The position numbers and the translations under genes were made by a program. A DNA stretch of 64,000 bases from Eukaryota sp. GEM-RC1 (Eukaryota): assembly GCA_040285855.1 (NCBI GenBank), contig JAUFOQ010000002.1, positions 1,178,001 to 1,242,000 of the forward strand. Reading direction: 5' to 3'. Below the pieces are notes generated by a model. The model was not told where the DNA came from. It saw nothing but the letters and a program-made list of their open reading frames with translations, and searched no databases. Positions 51,242 to 61,142 of this stretch are shown here, in pieces. Each line of letters begins with the position of its first letter. The first letter of the stretch is position 1.

Positions 51242-54200
51242 TCATTTCGAAGCCAATTGCAATTCTTTACTAATGGCATCTATATCAGCTCCATTGTCAA
51301 TTAAAAGCTTGGCTATTGGCAAAGAATCAATAAAGAAAGCAATTTGGAGCGGGAGAGGAGCCAATCCAATCAGTCCATTTGCTAATTCAGGAGACATTTG
51401 AATGATTTGCTTAGATAGAAACTCATTATTGCGAATTATACATGAGTTTAACATTAGTAGTAACGATTCTTGATTGAATTTGGAATTATTTAAAATCGTT
51501 GATGCTTCTTCATTGTTATTGGTATACAAATTATAAAGAAACAAAAATTTCAAAATGTCAGAGGAATCATTACTGGCAAACTGAGTTTGAAGTGCAATGG
51601 AATGATCAAAAGACCGATCATCAGTTAACGATGAAAGGATCTTGTATATAACGTCATCAATTGACAGTAAACTCAGAAATCTAGAATTTTTAATTACTGG
51701 CAAGTTTTGTTCGCTTAAAAAGGACAGACAACATTGAACAAGTTCTGGATTTTTTGAAAAAACTGAAAATTTAAGAGATTCTGCAGCTAGATTCGTTGAA
51801 GTGTTATTCATCAAAATTAATGAGGTAAGGTCAATATTCTCTTTCATTAAACTACAAAAAAGAGCCGACGCAGAACTTAAACTATTCTCAGAATTTAAAA
51901 TAATTGAAAACAATTCGGGAGCATCAACATGAACTGCATGATCTGAAGTAAATTTGAAACCAGCACTTTTCAAATTTTCAAAAACTACTGACGACATATC
52001 AGGAGACTTTTGAACTGTTTTTAAAAGCAACATTAGTTTTGGTCTGTCTAAAAAGGAAATGCACCGTTGCAATAAAGTTGGTATCCACTTGTTTTTCTGT
52101 AGAACTATTGAGCAAACTAGGGCGTTGAATATCGAATCAGTAAGGTGAGCAGCAGACATGATGTCCAATAAGATATGCAGATCAGAAACAATATCGTTAT
52201 GATTGGAAATGAGAGTCAATAATGGTAAATCAGCCAATGAATTTTGATTGAAATTTGGAGGGAAAAACGTCACGTCACTTGGGAAATACTTTAAAAAGTC
52301 CAAACGATTCATTGCTGAGAGAACATGAATGACTGACACTCCACAAGGAAGGAAAAAATCTGACAAATTAAAACTATCAACGATAAAGCTCGCAAGATCA
52401 ATAAAATTCAAGGAAAGAAAGTAAACCAAGAGAAAAGTAAGTTTAGTTTTCTTTTCCTTATAAGAGCTGGATAAGTGAAACTTTCCACAAAAACATGACA
52501 GTGAACAATCATTACTCAAAGACAAACAATTATTTTCAATCAACACTTGAGCTGATTGAAATGATTTTGTCTGCAGGGAAAGGGTCAAAAAGAAGTGTGA
52601 TTGCTTTAGTTTGTGGAGGCAAAGCTTTTTACCAAAGGAAACAAACAATTGTTTGAGATAACTATGATGGTTTAGAATAATCAATGTGGATACCAATTCA
52701 CTAAAAACACCAGTGGCAGGGAAATTATCAACATAATGTAGAAGGAAACTGAAGAACTGGAGTAGAACCGATGGAGTAAGGTAAACGCAACAACAAAGAG
52801 CACTGAAATTGAATTGTTTGAGAGACAAATTTGAGCAAAGCTTCTGTTTGAAATTATCTGGTGAAGAATTCAAGAAATTGAAAATATGAGATGAAAAATT
52901 GGTTTCAATAGATATTGAAAGATTATCCAAGAGGTTAAAGTTCCCAATAGATCTTTCAGTCATGAACTGAAACAAAAATTTCAAACATTTTAAATTCTGA
53001 AAAGAATAACATATATTCCAAGTTCATTATTTACATTCCCAGAAGAGCGACGAACAAGAAGTTCAAAAATATCGTCAGCAATCACACGAGATTGATTAAC
53101 TATGGAAGAGAGCAGATCATCGAAAAAGCCAGAATCGAATACTTTCCCATTAGAAACTTGATTGACATCATTTAGGAAGGTAGAAATCACTTTGATTGAT
53201 TGATGATTCACAGCAATGGAAATAGCTTCAAACAGTATTCCCTTAACATCAAACGATGAACATAGTTTCGAATAATTCTTGAAAACACAACTAAACCAGT
53301 TATCAACATCAAGTCGAGCACAATCAAGAGTCCACTTTTTGAAATGTGGCTTAAATATTAGAATATCACCAAATAAAGTGACCATTCTTCTAACAACAAC
53401 GATATTATCAAATGACAGGGCTTCAACAAAAACCTTTTCGCCCTGTTCTTTGTTTGAAACTTGGGTAAACAGGCAACTTCCATATATAGACTCAGCCAGC
53501 TCTTTTTCCCGACCTTCAATCCAATCAGATCCAATTCCAAACAAAGAATTTAAAATTTTGGAAACATTTGCATCATTCCCACTTCTTACCAACGACAACT
53601 CCTTCTTCAACTTAATGATCTCATCTTGAGCAGACACCAACTGCGCAGTCAACCCTGCGTTACCCTCCCCACTTACTACATTCAGTCTGGCTTCGTTTTT
53701 GATACTCTTCGCCCTGGTTCCGAACTTCAACGTGCTTAGAGTTTCAGATATATTACAAGATGAAGGAGAGCAAACGACAATGAGCGCGGTTTTAGCGTTT
53801 CCACCAAGACTTTCCTGAAGCACGCGTGTTAGCTTGGAGTCACGATATGGCACGTGAGATTTTGACCGGTCATGAGAAGTCAGTGCAGAAACAACTTGAC
53901 CCAACGCCAATAGTGAAGTATTAATTCTCTTTGCCTCATCAAGTCTACATCCCTGAGCATTGGTCTTTGTCAGTTTCTCACTACCAGCCAAGTCAACAAG
54001 AAAGAGGCGGGATAGGAAAGAACCAGAAGAAGAGGTTCGTCGAAGATTTAGAATGAAGATCGCGTGACTTCTTGATGATTCAATATTGATGGCGTGAGCA
54101 GCAGAAACTCTGTTCTCGGATCCTTTTGCAGCAAAGTAAGGGCTTCAGAAGTAGAGGAGATTTTGAACTGAGTACAGCCCTGGATTGAGATACCTTCCAC

Positions 54201-54729
54201 GGGGTCATCAACTACAGAGAGGTTTTGGCGGGAGGGATCTAACAGGTCACGAACTCTTTCTAGGTAGATCTCAACATAAGAGGCGGAGAGAGAGAAGGAG
54301 GAGTTGGGGTCCTTGTTGGATTGAATGAGATCAAAGATGTATTGGAGGGTTCTAGGGGTTATACCGGGGTCAATTTGATGATTAGTTGGACAAGCACCAA
54401 GCATGGAGTAGGTTTTACCGGCAGAAGTCTAAGATGAGGATTAGTAAGGATAAAATACCTGTCCATAAGCTAGAATAGAACCGTTAAAGCCAGAAAAGAA
54501 ATCATCAACAACGAATTTGCCAACTGAATAAAAAGACATCTTGTTGAGATGAAGATTGGTTGAAGACTGTATCAAAAGTAAAGAGATGTTCAGATTCAGT
54601 GGAATCAGAGTAGACAGTGACTTCTGTAGGAGAGCAAGAAACACAAGAAACTCCACCGTTTGTCCTCTCTTGTTCATTAAGAGGACGCACACGAGCAAAT
54701 ACTCTGATGGCATTATCCTCAGCGCTCAT
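51242..54729 (-). CDS. Kinesin motor with long helical/ankyrin-like C-terminal region (several 1-nt indels; fusion of the last ORF inferred)
   Basis: IRVFARVRPL, GQTSAGKT after splicing, SYVEIYLE, DLAGSEK, HVPYRDSKLTRVLQESLGGN. ORF 51242-52984 begins 6 nt after ORF 52990-53991 and ends PLQIA...AKLLIDNGADID. Confidence 0.8.
54429..54458 (-). other. Spliceosomal intron, 30 nt
   Basis: GTATTT...TACTAAT...CTTAG on the minus strand; removal restores YGQ-TSAGKT. Confidence 0.9.
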
Positions 54730-54807
54730 GTGGGAAAAGAAGGCGCCACTAGGATTTGGTTTTGGAAGGTGTTTGTTGAAGAGTGAACAAATTGTCACAT
54801 CAAACTG

Positions 54808-55374
54808 ATGCCGTTTCGCCCCTCTTCGGCTAGAGGAAGAGTACTGTGTATAACTTATGCTAATGCTCGTCCGGAACATCATAAACGGGCATCGTCTAGT
54901 GATGTTTCTCAATGTGAAATAGTTTCACCTCACAGTGTCAGTCACTCCACCCAACAAGATCCCACTTCAGGAACATACTTCTCTGGTGATTTGCAAGACA
55001 GAATTAAAATCCGGCCTACTCTTGCTTGTCAAACATTCACTAAAACAGTATCTGAAGTTGAAGATTTTAGACCATCACTACAGTCTCCACATGCTCCTTC
55101 TCCTGTCTCTCGATTGCCTCCCATATCAGAAACTCCACTGTCCAAGCCCAGAATGCCTCCTACGCCATCATCATCTAGATCCTCTGTTGGTGCCAAAACC
55201 CCTGTGTGTCTCATTGGAAAACCTCCTTCCATGCTACATAGGCCAAATCGCAGTAATTCTCATTCTACTCCTTCTCCTAGTTACTCTAGAAACCAGCATG
55301 GCTCGGAATCTCCTTATACTGAGGCAATGTCTCCTTCTAGAACTTGCTCTAGTCAACCTTTACGTAGTCCTTAG
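54808..55374 (+). CDS. Hypothetical Ser/Pro-rich protein
   Basis: 188-aa ORF with coding-like composition, divergent from the kinesin start with only ~78 bp between ATGs. Confidence 0.55.
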   Translation: MPFRPSSARGRVLCITYANARPEHHKRASSSDVSQCEIVSPHSVSHSTQQDPTSGTYFSGDLQDRIKIRPTLACQTFTKTVSEVEDFRPSLQSPHAPSPVSRLPPISETPLSKPRMPPTPSSSRSSVGAKTPVCLIGKPPSMLHRPNRSNSHSTPSPSYSRNQHGSESPYTEAMSPSRTCSSQPLRSP

Positions 55375-56157
55375 TCTGAATTCTGGTTTACTTTTGTAAC
55401 GTCTTTTTTTGATTGCCTTTTGTATCATACTTTTTGTGTTTTTTATGTTCCTTTTCAGTTGGTTTTTGATCAATTTCTTTTCTCCAAATTTTAGAGGTTT
55501 TATTAAGGTTAAGTTAGTCGATTGACTTTGACCTATGTTCAGTCTTTTGCCTATATTTTAATTATCCTTTAATACTACAGTTTTTAAAATTAGTTGTCAT
55601 GGTTGTTATTTTTGAGTGCTTTGATTAAATCATTCCTTCAAACAAAAGGAAATGTCTTAACCAATTTCAAAATTCTTGAAAGAAATTACTGGGTTCATAC
55701 TACAATTGAAATGCTGGAAATTGAGCTTGGCATTCTTGGTGTTTCCTTAAGAATAAATAAACTAGAGGGATTATATTAATAGTTTAAATCAAGTTTTATT
55801 TCCCACCTGCGGTAACTATTGAACAAATTCTTATCTCGATCTGGTTTTGATTTTCCAGCTTACGATATATTTACATTTCACAAAAGAACAAAATGTTCAA
55901 CGAACATGAACCTGTTTACCACAGCTACACCAATACCATTGAGTTCTGTAGATTGACTGACATCTATCGATATGCAATGGATTTATACAGTATACCCTCA
56001 ATAGAGTGCCACCCTAGATTTAAGGTGAGCACTGTTGTATGCTGTTTATGTATTTGATGCTCGTTGAATGGACCACGATTTGATCTTTGTTTAAGCAACA
56101 GTAATTAAAATCAGAAATATTTGCTGGTGAGCGGTCATTTTACTGTGTTCTCACTCT

Positions 56158-58605
56158 ATGTACATAACATGTAAACCTCAAATGACTATTGTACGCAACT
56201 TCTTCAAGACATGTTATTCCCTTATCTTCCTATCAAAAAGCCAGATACCTCCTTCTTTTGTCATCTCAAACATTCTTCTGTTCTGCATCGCCAGAATTGC
56301 GCTGGGTCTTGTCTTTGTTTATCGTTTCTCCCCCAGTATTACTGTACTTCCAACTCTCTTCTTGTGGATGGCTCTGGTCTGCTCAATATACTCTCTTTGC
56401 ATGTTACTGTTCTTTCTTGTTACATATCTATTCAAACTTTCTCCTAAAGTGTGCTTGTTCTACTTTTATTCTCTCTCATCTGTCTTTTTGTTACTTCCTT
56501 CTGTGGACATTCTCTTCAGATCCATCGCTGGTCTCATTCTCACCCCTGCCACCCTCTCCATGTACTCTTCTAACCAATCTAGTAGTTCCAATGACTCTTC
56601 AGGGTTCTTGAAAAGGGTTATAGATGGTCTTCAAATGGCTTTTGACCTTGACTTCTGGGGAGTGTTGTTCCTCTCCATCATTCTCTCATCTACACTGTGT
56701 CTCTCCATCATCGCTTACCTTATCTTTTATCACTTCAATTCCAAGAGAAAGTCACAGCGATGCTATTCCAAATACACTTTCATCACTGTTGGCTTAATCT
56801 TCTGTGCTTCTGTTCTCTTTCTATGTTCTCCTTTTACTTCTCTTATTCTGAGAGACTTTAGAATCTCAACTTTAACTACGAAACCTACTGAAATTACTTT
56901 TCTTTTCCAGATGATCTAGTTGACGTTCCAAAAGACTTTTTGGAGACGTGGGACAGAACTATTAAGGGAAACGTTTCCATTACCTAAAGATAGGTTTTGG
57001 ATATCTGAAGACTTCCCACTCGTTCATGGAAATATTCAAAAATATTGTCAGTTTAATCAAAATTCTTCACATTGTCCTTTTAATACTTCTTTTGAAAGTA
57101 AGGTTCCATTAGAAAGTCAACCTGACATATTTTTTAATTTTGTGGGAAAGTTTCTCAGGCGTCGTACATCGAGATATCGACAATCCTAAATATCTTAATA
57201 TCACACCAAATTTGTCTAATTTTTTCCATCAACATGGTGTTTTGTTTCATGAACTTGTTTCCAATGCAGTTCCCACCTCCAATTCCTGGTGGTCAATGAT
57301 GCAGCAGGCTTTGCCTCTAAGTCATCGTAGTAGCATTTTGGAAACTAGAAATACAAATCTGGAAAGTTTCTTTAGTGTTTTAAACCGGTCAATAACGACA
57401 TCGGATTACCATTCCATGTTTGTTTCGGCAACTGATCCTGCTTTTGATGGGAAAAACTTTTGGTTAGATGAGTCTTCGGGGGTTGATCTGAGTTATTTTA
57501 AATTTGAAAATTCTGATTACCAAAATTTATTTGGAAAAGGTTATACTAAACAGTGGAATAACGATAGAATTTTGGTCAGACAATTGAAGAACATCATTTC
57601 TGACTTTGACTCCACTAATTTTAAAAAATCTCCTATATTTTCGCTAATTCTATCTGTATCCACGCACATGCCATATACTACCTTTGATTTGCCTTCAATT
57701 GTCGGATCTCCGCTACCTGCAAGTAAAGAGATCGATATCTCCGTGCAATGAAATATTCTGACAAATATTTAGCCGGAGAATTTTTAAAATTTCTCAAAAA
57801 CAGACCAAATGCCAACAACACAGTTGTCGTTTTCATGGGAGATCACGCTGCTTACAAAGCCAATCTCTCTCCATGTTTCTCATGTCCTCAACCTCCCTTT
57901 GAAGCAGATCAAATGTTCTACACGACGGCTACTGTTGGCTTTTTTGGGAGGTGAGAGTCAGCGGAAGAGATTGATGATCCCTTCTCCAGGTACGATTGAT
58001 TATCGACCTTCATCTGCTGTCGACATGATTGCCAGTTTGGTTGATTTAGCAGGTGCTGGTGACGAAGTGTCGTATGCTATGGGTAGATCCCTTTTAACAC
58101 TAATAATTTAAATATTTCAGACAATGAGAGAAAAACTCTGTCCATGATTGGTACCGGTTTTGAACTTGGTTTATGCAAGTCGTTAATCAGATCTGATTGG
58201 ACAGGTACAAACAGTTTTGAATTCTCCCGACCTCATCCCACTTTTTCCAAAGAAAATTTAATTATTCAAAATCTACAATGGTTCGAAACAGTCCATTTAC
58301 TCAACTTATTCTATAACCATTTAGTTTCTTCAAATAGGATTTGGCATGAGAACTTTACGTTATCAGAAAGTGACCATCCATTTGTTAAGATTGATCTTTC
58401 TCAATTGGTTGCGATCAGCGTTAAGCCTCCTGGATTTAAATTATTAGTGTATCATTTTGGCTTTGTTGGTCTTTTTGGTCTTCTTTTAGTGTGGTTGAAA
58501 CAGTTAAGAAATTATAAGATTATTATCATTAACAAGAATAAGCCAGTAATGTGTCAACATGAGCTAGAATCTGTTAAATTTTTAGATAATTTTCAAGTAA
58601 TTTAG
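56158..58605 (+). CDS. LtaS/sulfatase-like (alkaline phosphatase superfamily) membrane protein, multiply frameshifted
   Basis: N-terminal TM helices, then WESF, PTSNS, STHMPY, YSD...NNTVVVFMGDH, MGRSL across five consecutive ORFs; C-terminal TM helix. Confidence 0.8.
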
Positions 58606-58887
58606 TTCACTGTTGTTGTTAGTTTTAGTTTTTTGGGAGTAGTTGTGCGAAGGTTTTATCACTTTAGTGTTTAAAAAAGAAAAAAATATGGGGTTGACAT
58701 ACTTGTAACTCCAGACCATGATGCTTTTTATGATGAATTGATATTAAAAACAGAGTTTCTTGGTAATCATAATTGGAAGAAACAATCTACTGACGAAGAA
58801 AAAGTTAATATAATTAGTAAAGACTCTTTGGAACTTACTTGATCACTTTCTGTTTATAGTTTAATGATTGAAGTCTTTCCTTTACAG

Positions 58888-59941
58888 CAGGGATGCCGAA
58901 AAATCTATTGCAATGTATATTGTGCGTTTTCAATGTTGCAATAAATATATTGATATTGTTGCCCGTATATTGCAATACATTGTAATTGCAACACTCTACA
59001 GAGATATATTGACGTACTGCAGGTAGCATTGTTTGTTCCTGTAAGTGAATTGAGTGTGATTATAAATTAGGGATAATTGCATTTATACCAGTGAAATAAA
59101 AAACACCTCTATGTGAAGAGAGATTAATCTACAAAGACTACAATGCAGAAACAGATCACCACTTTTAACTCCGAATCATTATTCAACTGTGAAACCGGTC
59201 GGATATAAGGACAATGGCAAATGATGGATTTGATGGATGGTGGTCTCGTCTGAATGTTAGCCAAAGTCTTTAGAATAGTTATGAAGTCCTTGTTTTTTTT
59301 GTTTATAACCATAATTTCCTTTAACAAGTAACATCAATGTTGTTTGTTGTAATTGCAAAGACATAAAGAGATCATTTTCCAAAGGTGCTGGGATATACAA
59401 CTTTACATTCCTTACCTGTGAAGCGAGGTTTTTAATATATACGATGATCTGTGAGTGTTTTTGCATTGGAGTTTTGACAAGAAGTCATGAAGATTTAGGA
59501 TGAACATGTCAATTTGGATCTTCAAAAGTTTGTATAGTCGTATACTCGAACTGCCTCACAGAGTCTAAGAACACAAGGATCAACTGTTTCTGTGAATTAC
59601 ATTACTTTTTGTACAATATACGATACTTTTTGTACAATAAAAAGAACAATTTTATGTACGGAGAAAAACACATAATAAGAAAACAACAAATAAATTCAGA
59701 CTATTAGAACAAATTTTCAAACGAACTACCTAATTCCGAAAAGTAGTTACCACCTAACAACTTGGACAAAATGGAATCAAAATATCTATACATAGACCTA
59801 ATTTAAGAAGCAAATCTTGTACAATATATTGCAATAGATTGCAATCACTTCAGTCTTGCAATAAATATATCGATATTGTACTAGTGGAACAAACACAATA
59901 TCGACATGTATTGCATTACAATATATTTTTTGGCATCCCTG
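58888..59941. mobile_element. hAT MITE (1054 bp)
   Basis: TIR CAGGGATGCCnAAAAAT, perfect TSD CTTTACAG; internal block ~59655-59780 similar to ~38220-38350. Confidence 0.93.
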
Positions 59942-60170
59942 CTTTACAGTAATGGGTCTGTCAGTTATTGAAGTTTGTATTTCCTTGGGGCAATAATAGT
60001 TTTGTAGCGCTCAATCAAAGTCCTTCAACTTCTTGTAAATCTTCTAAATATGGAGATTTTTGGTACATTGTAGCTTTCATTATTACATGTAGTTTTTCAT
60101 TTATATATTGATCGTATACAAAGCAGTGGATCCATCTGTTTCATCTAGAGAAGAATTAAAAACAATTAAC

Positions 60171-60769
60171 TAGTGTTGCACGAGACGTGTAATTTACTGG
60201 CCGAGACGTGTTTTTTGGTGTTTACATCTTTTTACTTTTCACACAACGTCTCTCTCCTCTTTTCTCCCATTTTTATGACTGAACCAGGCATCAACTTAAG
60301 AAGTTTTGTAACAGTTATTGTTGACGTTGAATCTGATGAAGCAGCAACTCGTCCTACGTTTCCAAGTGGTCGTTTCAAAGATCCACAGGTTCGTTGTAAC
60401 TCATGATAGTGGAAGAAATGGAAGAAGAAAAAATTGTTGTTATTGAAGACCAAGACATTGACCTAACCGTTAGTGAAAACGGAAGTGGTGGTGAACAAAT
60501 GGTATTTGACCCTCTTCTTGAAGGTCTTGAAATGCATTTCTAAATTTATTTGTTTGTAATGCTCATCCACCGTTTTTGTTAGTTTTTAATTCAGTTTTTG
60601 ATGAGTTTCTGAATAAATCTATTTGTTTTGACTTATACTGATGTCATTATTACGTTTGTTAAAACAGGTATCAATGTTAGAAGACAGAGACGTGGAGACG
60701 TAATGTTGTAGAGACGGGAGACGGAGACTCGGACGTCTCGTGGGACAAGAGACGTCTCGTGCAACACTA
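60171..60769. mobile_element. hAT MITE (599 bp)
   Basis: Perfect 18-bp TIR TAGTGTTGCACGAGACGT, perfect TSD CAATTAAC, GAGACG subterminal repeats. Confidence 0.94.
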
Positions 60770-61142
60770 CAATTAACACACAATAGATTCTATAGTACTA
60801 GTACTATATAGGGTATTCACGTCCAACATAGAGTAAGAAATCCGTGGGCACTAATAGTGATCATGTATACTACAGTAGTAAGTGAATCACGAACGGGTTG
60901 ACAACTTTGACTTTCTAGTGTAACACAACATCTTGTATTGACCAAAAAACGATAACTGGGTAATGCTGATTGTTGGACGGATATAATGATTCGTTTCCAA
61001 ACCGTCTCTTTGGATTGAGAATTGAATTTGTGGAGGTTTTGGTATCTCCTATGGCATATTTGATAGTATACTTAATTTGTAATAGTAAGTCAACGGCGTT
61101 TTTTAACTGTAACATTACATTATCACGTGAAATACAATTTCT

